Sequence record: OZ196593.1
Reading direction: 5' to 3' (one strand)
DNA length: 64,000 nucleotides
Below are positions 8,395 through 18,819 of the stretch, in pieces. Position 1 is the stretch's first letter; the number at the start of each line of letters is the position of its first letter. Made by a program: the position numbers and the translations under genes. The notes beneath the pieces were generated by a model. It ran no database searches. It was not told the DNA's origin and was given only the letters and a program-made list of their open reading frames with translations.

Positions 8395-9431
8395 AAGTAG
8401 CACTTTTAGGCGATTTACATATCGGGGTGCGCGATGATGACTTGTGGATTCAAGATTATCAACGTAAATTCTTTGACTTTATGTTTGCTGAACTTGAGCA
8501 TCGCGGTGTTAAAGATCTCGTTCAACTAGGTGACTGGTTTGACGTGCGTCGTGGCGCGACTCAAGAAACATTGATGTTTCAACGAACGTATCTTAACGAC
8601 ATGTTAGCAGGCATCAATACGCACGTGCTTGTTGGTAACCATGACATGCACTTACGTGAGCGCATCGTACCGAACACGCCATACGAAGTATTGAGCATCG
8701 TTCCTGACGTTACGATTTACGAACACCCGCGAACAGTTGTGTTTGGTGATGTTGCAATCGACATTATCCCGTGGATTTGTAAAGAGAATGAAGCTGAAAT
8801 CGCTGAGTTCATCGAAAACACGACAAGCGAATACTGCGTTGGTCACTTTGAGCTGAACGGCTTTGAGTTCCACAAGGGTCAGAAAGCAACGGGCTGTCTT
8901 GATTCGAGCTTCTTGAAAGGTTACAAGCAAGTTTGGTCTGGTCACTTTCACACGCAATCTGAAGCGGGTAATATCAAGTATCTTGGTACACCGTACACGC
9001 TGACGCTTGCAGATGCTGATGATAAGCGCGGATTCTTCTTGTTTGACACAGAAACGCACGAAATGGAGTTCATTGAGAACCCAGATTGCTGGCACACTAA
9101 GCTGTACTACGACGCGAACACGTTCGACACGAAGACGATTGACAGCTACGCGAACAAGAACGTTAAGATCATCGTTGAACGTCGCTCTAGTGACTCGCGT
9201 GACTTGTCGTTTGATGTAGTCGAAGATCGTATCGCTAACATTGCTCATGCTTGTGACACGCTCGATGAGCTTGAAATCAAGAAAGACATGGCAGAAGACT
9301 TCAAAGACATCAAAGATATCGACGATTATGTTGGCGATTACGCTGACACGCTTGAAGAATCGACTGAAGTCAAGAACAAGGTCAAAGCGATCTTTAGTTC
9401 TCTGCGTGCTGAAGCGATGGAGAATGCTTGA
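8391..9431 (+). CDS. gp47: Recombination endonuclease subunit gp47 (Mre11-like)
   Basis: LLGDLHIG, QLGDWFD, VGNHD, GHFE, SGHFH metallophosphoesterase motifs; start ATG 8391. Confidence 0.97.
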   Translation: MKVALLGDLHIGVRDDDLWIQDYQRKFFDFMFAELEHRGVKDLVQLGDWFDVRRGATQETLMFQRTYLNDMLAGINTHVLVGNHDMHLRERIVPNTPYEVLSIVPDVTIYEHPRTVVFGDVAIDIIPWICKENEAEIAEFIENTTSEYCVGHFELNGFEFHKGQKATGCLDSSFLKGYKQVWSGHFHTQSEAGNIKYLGTPYTLTLADADDKRGFFLFDTETHEMEFIENPDCWHTKLYYDANTFDTKTIDSYANKNVKIIVERRSSDSRDLSFDVVEDRIANIAHACDTLDELEIKKDMAEDFKDIKDIDDYVGDYADTLEESTEVKNKVKAIFSSLRAEAMENA

Positions 9432-9658
9432 TGTCTGACTTAAAACCATGTAAAGTATGTGGCTGCAAGCCGTATGTGCATGAGACGAATATCCATGCAC
9501 ATGGCACAGCATTTCGCGGGTGGGTTGTTGAGTGTACTTTTGACGAAGAAGACTATCGCAATCCACCAAAAGTACCGCCGTATGTCGACCATACGTTGGA
9601 GATTTACGGTGCGACTCAAGAAGAAGCAACCGAACGTTGGGAGCAGCTAAATGATTAA
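9431..9658 (+). CDS. Small Lar-like zinc-finger protein
   Basis: LKPCKVCG...EEATERWEQL pattern resembles Lar family. Confidence 0.5.
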   Translation: MSDLKPCKVCGCKPYVHETNIHAHGTAFRGWVVECTFDEEDYRNPPKVPPYVDHTLEIYGATQEEATERWEQLND

Positions 9659-11888
9659 ATTCAAAAGCGTCACTTACAGCAACATTATGTCAGTCGGTAA
9701 TACGCCGATTACAGTTGAGTTGGACAAGTTCAACAAGACACTGATCACTGGTACTAATGGTGCGGGTAAATCGACGTACATCGAAGCAGTTTGTTTTGCG
9801 TTATACGGCAAGCCGTTTCGTAACATCAAAAAGACTCAGATTGTCAATGCAGTCAACAAGAAAAAGCTTCTTGTTGAGATTGAGTTTCAAGATAAAAAGC
9901 ACTTGTACAAAATCGTGCGTGGCATCAAGCCGAACAAATTCGAAATCTACAAAGATGGCGATTTGATTCCGCAAGAAGCTGCGGTCGCTGATTACCAAGA
10001 TATGCTTGAAAAGAACATCTTGCAGATGAGTTTGAGCACATTCAAACAAATCGCTGTGCTAGGTACGGCTGGTTTCACGCCATTCATGCTTTTACCCGCT
10101 GCGAAGCGTCGTGAAATCGTGGAAGACTTGCTTGATATCGGTATCTTCAGTGACATGGCATCGTTGAACAAAGTCGCGTTGAAAGACTTGAACACGAAGA
10201 TCACTGACATCGAAGCAGATATCGAACGTCGCATGGGCGAACTTCGTCTACACGTCGAATTCCAGAAAGAGCAGAAAGACAATCGCGATGGTGATTTGGC
10301 TCAACTGGTTAGTCGTAAAGCTGAAGCTGAGACGCAAATTGCTCCACTAGCGTCTGCTATGTCTCATCTTGAAGACCAGATCAGCGGTGATAGCACGATT
10401 CTTCGTGACTTGAAAACCAAGCTTGCTGAAGCTCTTGAAACTGCGAGTGCAGAACAAGCGAAAGAACTGTCCGAACTTGATGCTGAACATCGTTCGAATA
10501 AGGCTGAGATCCATGCGGGCTTTGAAAAAGAAGTGTCTGAGCTGAAAGCCAAGCATACGTCTGAGCAAGATGCAACTGATGCACTACACGAATCTGACTT
10601 ACTTGAGTTTGACCGTGTTCAAGCGGAAGCATTGTCTACATTTGACGGTGAAACTGAAAAGAACACACCAGAAGACGCAGACACTGATCAGATTGCGGCT
10701 GACACATCAATGATGTTCAGCAACAAAAAAGAGATCGATCAGCTCAAGACGAACAAAAAATTCTTCGAAGAGAACGGTGACTGCGAGTGTTCAACTTGTA
10801 AGCAAACAATCTCGTCTGATTTCGCTCAGAATGTCATCGACATGGCAGATCAGCGCATTGAAACGCTGACAGCCGAGACGAAAGCACTTGTAGACGCGAT
10901 TCGCACCGCTCAAGACAAAGCTAAAGCACGTAAAGCGTACTTAACAGATCGTTCGACTGAACGTTCGGGTTTAGAAGCAACGCAGCGTACAGAGCGTTCT
11001 ACGTTCGTTAACGAACAGTCAACTGAACGTCAGACAATCGCACGTAATCAGCAAGAAGAAATGAACACCTTTGTTGGTGATGTGCAGAACCCTGCAATTC
11101 GTCTTCTGAATGAGACACAATCGAAAGCGCGTGCTGACATTGTAGCTCAACATGCTGAGTTCAACGCGAATATCACTAAAGGTGATGCGTCTGCGCGTGA
11201 AGAACTGACTGCGAACATCGGTAAGGACAAAGCTGAACTTGCTACTATTGTCGCAAAAGAAGAGGCTTTGAACAAAGCAATTGCTACTATTGTCGCAGAT
11301 ATCGCAGATGTTGAGGCGAAAGCAGCAACTGAAGACCGTTCTGACCTTATCAAAGAGCAAACGGCTGAGATTAAGCGTGTTAAAGCGGGTCTAGCTGTAG
11401 ATCTTCAGACTAAACACTGTCGCGGTATCGTGGCAACGTTGTTGAAAGACGATGGCGTGAAGTCGATGATTGTTAAACAGTACATCCCGATGATTAACAA
11501 GTACATCAACGAATACTTGAAGACTATGAACGCGAACTACAACTTCGTTCTAGACGAAGAGTTCAACGAGACTATCAAATCTCGTGGTCGTGATGACTTC
11601 AGTTACACGTCGTTTTCTCAAGGTGAGCGATGCCGTATTGACTTAGCGTTACTATTCGCGTTCCGTGACTTGGTAAGCGCACGTACGGGTTCAATGACCA
11701 ACTTGCTTGTACTCGATGAGGTGTTCGATTCTGCTGCTGATACTGATGGCGTAGATTCAATTAACCAGATTCTTAGCACAATCAAAGACAACGTGTTTAT
11801 TATCTCACACAGTGAGAAGCATGAGCAAAGCATGTTCGATAAGCACATTCGATTCACCAAGAAAGGCAACTTCACTAAGGAAGTCTAA
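9651..11888 (+). CDS. gp46: Recombination endonuclease subunit gp46 (Rad50-like ATPase), elongated coiled coil
   Basis: Walker A GTNGAGKS, Zn hook CSTC, signature FSQGE, Walker B LLVLDEVFD. Confidence 0.97.
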   Translation: MIKFKSVTYSNIMSVGNTPITVELDKFNKTLITGTNGAGKSTYIEAVCFALYGKPFRNIKKTQIVNAVNKKKLLVEIEFQDKKHLYKIVRGIKPNKFEIYKDGDLIPQEAAVADYQDMLEKNILQMSLSTFKQIAVLGTAGFTPFMLLPAAKRREIVEDLLDIGIFSDMASLNKVALKDLNTKITDIEADIERRMGELRLHVEFQKEQKDNRDGDLAQLVSRKAEAETQIAPLASAMSHLEDQISGDSTILRDLKTKLAEALETASAEQAKELSELDAEHRSNKAEIHAGFEKEVSELKAKHTSEQDATDALHESDLLEFDRVQAEALSTFDGETEKNTPEDADTDQIAADTSMMFSNKKEIDQLKTNKKFFEENGDCECSTCKQTISSDFAQNVIDMADQRIETLTAETKALVDAIRTAQDKAKARKAYLTDRSTERSGLEATQRTERSTFVNEQSTERQTIARNQQEEMNTFVGDVQNPAIRLLNETQSKARADIVAQHAEFNANITKGDASAREELTANIGKDKAELATIVAKEEALNKAIATIVADIADVEAKAATEDRSDLIKEQTAEIKRVKAGLAVDLQTKHCRGIVATLLKDDGVKSMIVKQYIPMINKYINEYLKTMNANYNFVLDEEFNETIKSRGRDDFSYTSFSQGERCRIDLALLFAFRDLVSARTGSMTNLLVLDEVFDSAADTDGVDSINQILSTIKDNVFIISHSEKHEQSMFDKHIRFTKKGNFTKEV

Positions 11889-12361
11889 TGAAACTGATAC
11901 CGGTTCAAATCGACTACCAAGACGATATTTACAAAATGGCGAAATATCTCTTGACTAACGATGGTCATCCGGATTCACTTGAGACGAAGATCGGGCGCTT
12001 TATGCTCGGTCGAGCGACTGGTCACACTTCAGCAATGCAAGCAACTGCTAGTCGCTTGCGTGCTGAGGGCTATCGCGTCACTGAAGTGTATCTGAATCAG
12101 CATATGATGACGGATTCTATTCGAAATTCGCATCACCCACACCCTGATATGTGTATGACATATGGTCATTTAATTGACCGTGGCTTTTCGGCTTCGGCTT
12201 TACGTGGTCGATGCTCACATGATATTTCCGATATCATCTTGTTTGACACATATTCATTTGCAGAACAACGCATTCCGAATCTGTCGGCAAAGGTGGAAGA
12301 ATTCATGTACATCTTGCACAGACATTATCATAAAAGAACTGCGTTTTTCTTCATTCAGTAA
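11888..12361 (+). CDS. Hypothetical protein, possible degenerate P-loop
   Basis: LGRATGHTS and IILFD motifs; weak. Confidence 0.55.
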   Translation: MKLIPVQIDYQDDIYKMAKYLLTNDGHPDSLETKIGRFMLGRATGHTSAMQATASRLRAEGYRVTEVYLNQHMMTDSIRNSHHPHPDMCMTYGHLIDRGFSASALRGRCSHDISDIILFDTYSFAEQRIPNLSAKVEEFMYILHRHYHKRTAFFFIQ

Positions 12362-12416
12362 GTTTAGACACTTAAATAGCTGTGTTATTATAGCGCAGCT
12401 ACTGAGGAAACAACGC

Positions 12417-12629
12417 ATGACTACTTTAGATAATCATATTACAACGCCCGACATTAAACATTGGGTGATAATTGATAACTTCCGTGGTGAAGAAAAGATC
12501 TTGCCCGAAGTGCAATTAATCGAAGCTTTCGGCGAAGAACGTTGGCGAAAGATTACGTCTGGTTTAGACGACTATTTCAAAGCATACGAGTATAACTACG
12601 AATATACTGAGCGTGGCTTTAAACTCTAA
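12417..12629 (+). CDS. 45.2: gp45.2-like protein
   Basis: Start ATG 12417 after GAGG; synteny just upstream of gp45; TTAAATA late-like box at 12372. Confidence 0.6.
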   Translation: MTTLDNHITTPDIKHWVIIDNFRGEEKILPEVQLIEAFGEERWRKITSGLDDYFKAYEYNYEYTERGFKL

Positions 12630-12663
12630 TTGAACAAAACATCATACATTTGAAGGTAAAATA

Positions 12664-13329
12664 ATGAAACTTAACAAATCTACAATTGAAGTGCTAAAAA
12701 ACTTTGCTGGCATCAACAACGGCATGGTTATCCACGCGGGCACTCGTCTACGTACTCAAGATAACTTGAACAAGCAAATCGCTTATGCAGACATCGAAGA
12801 CACGTTCCCTGCTGAATTTGCAGTATACGATCTTGGTGAGTTTCTAAGCGCAATCAACTTGCTTGATAACGCTGAACTTGACTTCCAAGAAAAATACGTT
12901 GTCGTTACTGGCGATGGTGGTACGAAACTGACGTTCCAATATGCAAACGCTGAGTTTGTAACTGAAGCACCAGAGAAAGTGAACTTCCCGACTGACCTTA
13001 CTGGCGGTGCTGAGTTTGACCTTAAAGGTGAAGATCTACAGCGCGTTAAGAAAGCATCGGCAACACTTGGTCTGTCTGATATCTGTGTACGCACGACTGC
13101 GGGTTCAACTGCGGTTACTCTATCTGCGACTGACGCGCAAGGTTCGAGCAAGCACAAATTCGAAATCAACGTTGGTACTGCTGACGAGGCAATCGAATAC
13201 GAGTTCTTCTTCAAATCTGAGCGACTAAACATCGTTGACCAAGACTACAAAGTGTCTATTCACCCAGCGGGCATTTCTCGCTTCTTGGGTCTATCGCTTG
13301 AATACTTCATTGCTACTGAAGCACTGTAA
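12664..13329 (+). CDS. gp45: Sliding clamp gp45
   Basis: MKLNKSTIEVLKNFAGINNG...FAVYDLGEFLS...YFIATE. Confidence 0.97.
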   Translation: MKLNKSTIEVLKNFAGINNGMVIHAGTRLRTQDNLNKQIAYADIEDTFPAEFAVYDLGEFLSAINLLDNAELDFQEKYVVVTGDGGTKLTFQYANAEFVTEAPEKVNFPTDLTGGAEFDLKGEDLQRVKKASATLGLSDICVRTTAGSTAVTLSATDAQGSSKHKFEINVGTADEAIEYEFFFKSERLNIVDQDYKVSIHPAGISRFLGLSLEYFIATEAL

Positions 13330-13344
13330 TTTAAGTTAAGTGTC

Positions 13345-13366
13345 GGGGCTTAATCGCCCCTTTTTT
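13345..13366 (+). terminator. Intrinsic terminator
   Basis: GGGGC-TTAATC-GCCCC-TTTTTT. Confidence 0.85.
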
Positions 13367-13392
13367 GAAAATTTTATTATGGGAAACGAACA

Positions 13393-14349
13393 ATGTCATT
13401 TAATTTCGATCCAAAAGAGCTTCTATGGGAACAACGCTACCGCCCGCAATCAATCAAAGATTGTGTGCTGCCAGAACGCGTTCGTGAACACTTCACGACA
13501 ATGATTGAGAAGAACGAACTTCCGAACATGCTTCTAGCGAGTTCTTCACCGGGTACTGGTAAGACTACAGTAGCGCGTGCATTACTTGCCGATTTGGGTT
13601 ACGATGTTCTATTCGTTAACGCGTCTTCAAGTCGTGGTATTGGTCTAGTTCAGACTGATTTGCCGGCGTTCTGTTCAACTGTTTCATTCTCGGGTAAGCC
13701 GAAAGCGGTAATTCTTGATGAGGCAGATAACTTGACTGCTGATGCACAGAAAGCATTACGTGGTTTGATTGAGCAGTTCAGCAAAAACGTACGTTTTGTT
13801 CTAACGTGTAACTACCCGCAGAAAATCATCACACCGATTCGTTCGCGTCTACAGACTTTCGAGTTTGTCTATGACAAGACCGAACAGCTATCGTGTGTCA
13901 AGCAGATGATTATCCGCTCTATGGGTATTTGTAAAAACGAAGGCATCACTGTAACGAACGCTGCTGTGCTTAAAGAGCTAGTTAAGCGTAACTACCCTGA
14001 TAACCGTGCAACCGTCGTAGCGTTGCAGAACTACGCACGTAAAGGTGTGATTGATGAGGGTATCTTGTCTGAAATCACAGCGAACGACGATATTTCAGAA
14101 ATGATTGCAGCACTGAAATCGAAAGACTTCAAATCTGTGCGTGGTCTGATTCCGAAATACTCTGGTGACATCGCGGGCTTCTTGCACAATCTTTACAAAG
14201 CGGCTTACACTGATCTTGATGGTAACAGCATTGCGATGTTCATTCAGATTGTCGGTGAAGCGAACAACAACGCGACCACGTGTGTTGATACTGAAATTTT
14301 GCTTGCGTACACGCTTGTGCAAATCATGCTTGAATGTACTTTCGTATAG
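13393..14349 (+). CDS. gp44: Clamp loader large subunit gp44
   Basis: LWEQRYRP, SPGTGKTT, VILDEAD, FVLTCNY, IRSR. Confidence 0.97.
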   Translation: MSFNFDPKELLWEQRYRPQSIKDCVLPERVREHFTTMIEKNELPNMLLASSSPGTGKTTVARALLADLGYDVLFVNASSSRGIGLVQTDLPAFCSTVSFSGKPKAVILDEADNLTADAQKALRGLIEQFSKNVRFVLTCNYPQKIITPIRSRLQTFEFVYDKTEQLSCVKQMIIRSMGICKNEGITVTNAAVLKELVKRNYPDNRATVVALQNYARKGVIDEGILSEITANDDISEMIAALKSKDFKSVRGLIPKYSGDIAGFLHNLYKAAYTDLDGNSIAMFIQIVGEANNNATTCVDTEILLAYTLVQIMLECTFV

Positions 14350-14358
14350 GGAATTATC

Positions 14359-14844
14359 ATGGACATCTTTGAACTATTAGCGAAAGGCGAAGAAGCTGAA
14401 GCGAAACAAGCCGAAGATGACGCAGCATACGAAGCAGAAATGAAAGCGGCGAAAGTGAAAAAGCTATCGCCATTTGATTTTCTGAACAGCATTTACATGA
14501 AAGAGCGCATCGATGACGAGCAAGTATCGCAGTATCAACCATTCATGGTGAATCGCGGTATGTCTAACGGCATCGATACGATTGTACACGCGTATATCAT
14601 GGATCAATGCGGTAGTAAGCTACCGAAAGATATGCAGTACGACTACATGTATCACGCAGTTCGTAAAGGCAAGCGTTACAACAAGTGGGCGAAAGAAACG
14701 AAGTACGATTCAGTTGACATGATCATGGAAGTCTATGATTTGAACAAACAGAAAGCAATCGACGTGCTTCATCGACTAACAGAACAAGAACTATTGGATT
14801 TGACTGAATGGTTTGAGTCACGAACCGGGGGCTTAACTCGCTAA
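14359..14844 (+). CDS. gp62: Clamp loader small subunit gp62
   Basis: SPFDFLNSI...YQPFMVNRGMS...QYDYMYHAVRKGKRY; synteny. Confidence 0.93.
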   Translation: MDIFELLAKGEEAEAKQAEDDAAYEAEMKAAKVKKLSPFDFLNSIYMKERIDDEQVSQYQPFMVNRGMSNGIDTIVHAYIMDQCGSKLPKDMQYDYMYHAVRKGKRYNKWAKETKYDSVDMIMEVYDLNKQKAIDVLHRLTEQELLDLTEWFESRTGGLTR

Positions 14845-14878
14845 TAAATATGTTTTTATTATGCAGTTGAGACTACAC

Positions 14879-15259
14879 ATGGACATTATTAACAAACTTG
14901 AAATCAAATTGCCAGATGATGATGCATTCTTGAAGATTCGCGAGACTCTTACAAGAATCGGCATCGCAAACAACAAAACCAACACACTTTACCAATCGTG
15001 TCATATTCTTCAGAAACGCGGTGTTTACTATCTCGTACACTTCAAAGAGCTTCTAGCTCTTGACGGTCGATGCGTAGAAATCACGGCTGAAGACATTGAG
15101 CGTCGTAATAACATTGCGAAGCTACTTGAAGACTGGAGCTTGTGCAGTATCGCACATCCCGAGTCTCATGAGTTCACGGGCGACAACAAATTCCGTGTGA
15201 TCTCATATCGTGATTCGAAAAACTGGGAATTGCGTTACAAGTACAAAATCGGAGCGTAA
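14879..15259 (+). CDS. regA: Translational repressor RegA
   Basis: FLKIRETLTRIGIANNK...LYQSCHILQKRGVYYLVHFKE. Confidence 0.97.
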   Translation: MDIINKLEIKLPDDDAFLKIRETLTRIGIANNKTNTLYQSCHILQKRGVYYLVHFKELLALDGRCVEITAEDIERRNNIAKLLEDWSLCSIAHPESHEFTGDNKFRVISYRDSKNWELRYKYKIGA

Positions 15260-15260
15260 C

Positions 15261-15308
15261 ATGCGCGAAGAAGATTGGGGTTTAGAGTCTGAAGAAGACT
15301 GGTTTTAA
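15261..15308 (+). CDS. 15-aa minigene MREEDWGLESEEDWF
   Basis: GGAG SD 6 nt upstream, starts 1 nt after regA stop, followed by terminator. Confidence 0.45.
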   Translation: MREEDWGLESEEDWF

Positions 15309-15311
15309 TAT

Positions 15312-15333
15312 AGGGGCTACACGCCCCTTTTTT
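15312..15333 (+). terminator. Intrinsic terminator
   Basis: AGGGGC-TACAC-GCCCCT-TTTTT. Confidence 0.85.
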
Positions 15334-15344
15334 GTGAGGAATAT

Positions 15345-15872
15345 ATGAACAACGAACGTTTTCAAGAACTATTACAATTCGGTGGCGAATTCGAAGCTGC
15401 CGTTGAGCCGAAGATCGCAAGGGTATTCTGTCATGCAGACCCGATGGCGATGCTTATCAATACGGCTACATCAAAAACAGATGACAAGCATGGGCGTGGT
15501 CAACGTCTGATGTTCTGTCAAGACACATCCGCAAGCTATATGCTACCAGACGTATTTGTTTTCAGTAAAGGAAAGCAGTTCTGCGTCGAAATCAAGTGTA
15601 AAAATCGATTCTTCCGACATAGTGACGGTAAATTGTATGCTGTCATTGACACATATAAGATCAAAGACTACGACGAAGCGGTTGAGAAGATGAACTTTGA
15701 CGGCATTTACTACGTATTTGGTGATAAGCAGACTCGTTCTGTCTATTTTGCCACTCCCGAACAAGCCAAAGAGATCGTCATTCGACTGGACTCGTTTGTC
15801 AGCAAGAAAAATCCGAAAGGTCAGTTTCATGCATGGGCAATCGACGAATTACATTCTCTAGGGAAATGGTAG
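15345..15872 (+). CDS. PD-(D/E)xK nuclease-like protein
   Basis: E..VE ... MLPDVFVF ... CVEIKCK motif. Confidence 0.7.
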   Translation: MNNERFQELLQFGGEFEAAVEPKIARVFCHADPMAMLINTATSKTDDKHGRGQRLMFCQDTSASYMLPDVFVFSKGKQFCVEIKCKNRFFRHSDGKLYAVIDTYKIKDYDEAVEKMNFDGIYYVFGDKQTRSVYFATPEQAKEIVIRLDSFVSKKNPKGQFHAWAIDELHSLGKW

Positions 15873-15931
15873 TTTAACAGCTAAACAACGCGTGATAGCA
15901 TACATACATCAAACACTTGTGAAGGAATAAT

Positions 15932-18481
15932 ATGTTTTACACATCTATCGAACGAATCGGCTCTAATCTCTGCGAACGCTACATCGATGACGACGGGCTA
16001 GAACATGCTCGTAAAGTCAAGTATGAACCGACTCTGTTCATTCACTGTAACGAAGAAACTGGTTACAAAGACATCTATGGTCGTCACTGTCGTCCTAAGC
16101 TATTCGACACGATGGGCGATGCAAGTAAGTACATCAAAGAAACCAAACAATTCAACGAAGTGTTAGGCATGGACGATTTCGTCGTGACTTACATTTCAGA
16201 TCAATACAAAACACGTGAATTCGACATGAATCGCATTCGTATCGCGAATATCGATATCGAAACACCGTCTGTTGAGTTCCCAGAAGCTGCGCACGCACCT
16301 GTGCCAATTACTTCAATCGGTCACTACGACAACATCGACGACAAGTTCTACGTTTACGGCATTCCGTCGAACGCTGAGTGGTCACGCGAGAGTTCAATCG
16401 TTAAGCCCGAGTTGCTTGAAAAGACTGTGTACATTCGCTGTGCGACTGAGAAAGAGCTACTAGTCAAGTATCTTCAGTTCTGGCGTGAGAAAACACCTGC
16501 AATCGTGACTGGCTGGAACATTGAATCGTTCGATATGCCGTACATCGTGAATCGTTACAAGAAAGTTCTCGGTGAAAAAGCGATGCGTGCTCTATCACCA
16601 TGGGGTAAAGTGAACATCACGAACACTGTGAACGATTACGGTCAAGAAATCTGTAAAGTGAACATTCTTGGTGTGTCTGAACTCGATTACCTTCAACTGT
16701 ACAAGAAATTCACGTACACAACTCGCCCGTCGTATCGTCTAGATTACATCGGTGAAGTTGAGTTGAAAGAAAACAAGGTTGAATTCGAACAAGCGAACTA
16801 TCTTGAGTTTTACGAGCAAGATTACCAGAACTTCATCGACTATCAGATTCAAGATGTTAACTTGGTTAAGCGTCTCGACGAGAAGCTTCAACTGATGCTT
16901 TTGACAATCTCACTTGCGTACTACGCAGGCATCAACTATCAGACGGTACTTGGTACAATCAAGCCGTGGGATGCAATCATTTTCAACTCGCTTAAAGCTG
17001 AGAAGAAAGTCGTTCCGATGATGCGCTCTCACGAGGGTGGTCGATTCATGGGTGCGTTCGTTAAAGCTCCGCAGATTGGTTATCATCGCGGCATTGGCTC
17101 TTTCGATTTAACGTCACTTTACCCGTCGATCATTCGTGAATGTAACATTTCACCAGAGACAATTGTCGGTCAGCTTGACTACAACGGTACTCTTGAAGAT
17201 CGCATCGACAAGATTGTTGATTACGCAGTGTCTTTCCCTGCTGATAATCTGTCGAACAGCGCGAACGGTATGCAATATCGCAAAGACGTGCGTGGTGTAA
17301 TCCCAGTCGAAATCGAAAAAGTATTCTTCCAGCGTAAAGCGAACAAGAAGAAGTCATTCGAGTTCGAGCAGCTTGCGATGGACATTCAGAAGAAAATCGA
17401 CGAAGAGGGTGGTGATGATGCACTAATCTCTGAACTAGCTGAAGCGAAACACCAAGCGAAGATTTACGACGTACAGCAAATGGCTCGTAAGATTCTTATC
17501 AACTCACTTTATGGTGCGTTAGGTAACGAATACTTCCGATTCTACGACTTGCGCAATGCTGAAGCTGTAACAGCATACGGTCAGCTTTCAATCAAATGGG
17601 TAGCGCGTGACGTGAACATTTGGCTGAACAAGATGTGTAAGACGACTGACAAAGATTACGTGATTTACGGTGATACCGATTCAATTTACGTTAACTTCGA
17701 TCCGCTGCTTGAGATTCTTGGAATCAATAAGCTTGAGGGTGACGCGTACACTGACAAGTTCAGCAAAGTGTGTGAGACAGTCGAAGCGAAAGTTATCAAC
17801 CCGTCTTACGATGCACTGCACAAGTACATGAACACGTATGAACGTCAGATGTTCATGGATCGCGAAGTTCTAGCACGTACTGGCTTCTTTATCGCGAAAA
17901 AGCGTTACGCGCTTGACGTACAAGATAATGAGGGCATTCGTAAGCCGAAGCTGAAGATCATGGGTATCGAGACTCAACGTAGTTCAACACCGCCGCTTGC
18001 ACAGAAAGGTCTTAAAGAGTCGATTCGTTTGATTCTTCAAGATGGTCAAGACGCGTTGCAAGCATACGTGAAAACGTATGAGACTGAGTTCAAGAAAGCT
18101 CCGTATCAAGAAATCTCGTTCGTGTCTAGTGCAAACAACATGGCGAAATACTCAGATACGAAAGGTAACCCAGGTAAGGGCTGTCCGGGTCACGTTAAAG
18201 GCGCGTTGTACTACAACAAACTCGCTGAAGAGCATGGCTTTGACAAGATCAACGAGGGCGACAAAATCGCTGTTGTGTTCTTGACGCGTAACAAGCACGG
18301 CATTGACCGTATCGCTTACCCGTCTGGTGGTCGTTTGCCTGATGCACTTGAATATCTAACTGCACACATCGATTACAATCGACTGTACGACGACAAGTTT
18401 GTGAAACCACTGAACGCGATTTCTGAAGCGATCAAGTGGGACTACAAGAAAACGATAACTTTGGAGAGTTTCTTTGGGTAA
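15932..18481 (+). CDS. gp43: DNA polymerase gp43 (family B)
   Basis: DIET exonuclease motif, [30 protein letters not shown]; no intein. Confidence 0.99.
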   Translation: MFYTSIERIGSNLCERYIDDDGLEHARKVKYEPTLFIHCNEETGYKDIYGRHCRPKLFDTMGDASKYIKETKQFNEVLGMDDFVVTYISDQYKTREFDMNRIRIANIDIETPSVEFPEAAHAPVPITSIGHYDNIDDKFYVYGIPSNAEWSRESSIVKPELLEKTVYIRCATEKELLVKYLQFWREKTPAIVTGWNIESFDMPYIVNRYKKVLGEKAMRALSPWGKVNITNTVNDYGQEICKVNILGVSELDYLQLYKKFTYTTRPSYRLDYIGEVELKENKVEFEQANYLEFYEQDYQNFIDYQIQDVNLVKRLDEKLQLMLLTISLAYYAGINYQTVLGTIKPWDAIIFNSLKAEKKVVPMMRSHEGGRFMGAFVKAPQIGYHRGIGSFDLTSLYPSIIRECNISPETIVGQLDYNGTLEDRIDKIVDYAVSFPADNLSNSANGMQYRKDVRGVIPVEIEKVFFQRKANKKKSFEFEQLAMDIQKKIDEEGGDDALISELAEAKHQAKIYDVQQMARKILINSLYGALGNEYFRFYDLRNAEAVTAYGQLSIKWVARDVNIWLNKMCKTTDKDYVIYGDTDSIYVNFDPLLEILGINKLEGDAYTDKFSKVCETVEAKVINPSYDALHKYMNTYERQMFMDREVLARTGFFIAKKRYALDVQDNEGIRKPKLKIMGIETQRSSTPPLAQKGLKESIRLILQDGQDALQAYVKTYETEFKKAPYQEISFVSSANNMAKYSDTKGNPGKGCPGHVKGALYYNKLAEEHGFDKINEGDKIAVVFLTRNKHGIDRIAYPSGGRLPDALEYLTAHIDYNRLYDDKFVKPLNAISEAIKWDYKKTITLESFFG

Positions 18482-18758
18482 TGTAGACGGCATCGCGTTT
18501 GACGAAGACACGCGAATCATAGACATCGAGGACGGGGCTTTGCCCGTCTTCGTGACCGAAACACCGGTAACGCAAATCAACGAATACAAAGTATGCAACG
18601 ATTGGGTGTTAGATATCGAGTCGTGGCATGTAGGCGATGACGTTGTGAAGATTACGCTTGGTAATAAAAAAGCAACGTACATGGGAATCGAGCATCCCGC
18701 GAATGTTCTCATCGACAAAGCGCAACTGAAATCATTCTTGCAAGATTTGTTGAAATAA
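18474..18758 (+). CDS. Hypothetical protein
   Basis: TTG start with GGAGAG upstream, overlaps gp43 stop. Confidence 0.6.
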   Translation: MGNVDGIAFDEDTRIIDIEDGALPVFVTETPVTQINEYKVCNDWVLDIESWHVGDDVVKITLGNKKATYMGIEHPANVLIDKAQLKSFLQDLLK

Positions 18759-18761
18759 CGA

Positions 18762-18792
18762 TTGACAGTGTATAGTTTCGGCTGTACACTGT
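18762..18792 (+). promoter_or_regulatory. Early promoter overlapping a 12-bp UUCG hairpin
   Basis: TTGACA-17-TACACT; ACAGTGTATAGT-TTCG-GCTGTACACTGT. Confidence 0.7.
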
Positions 18793-18819
18793 TATTAACT
18801 TAATTGAGAGGATAAAATC

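Noticed and set aside
8652-9629. 325-aa minus-strand ORF antisense to gp47
   Set aside because: No recognisable motifs or SD; long antisense frames arise from the strong codon bias of the sense gene. The same applies to the other antisense ORFs in gp46, gp45, gp44, rIIA and rIIB.
12174-12416. Upstream extension of the 45.2 ORF given in the track
   Set aside because: Overlaps the preceding gene and a promoter; the GAGG SD supports ATG 12417.
9651-18481. Possible inteins or introns in gp46 and gp43
   Set aside because: gp43 is normal length with contiguous motifs; the extra length of gp46 is coiled coil with no C/S...HN splice motifs or LAGLIDADG blocks.
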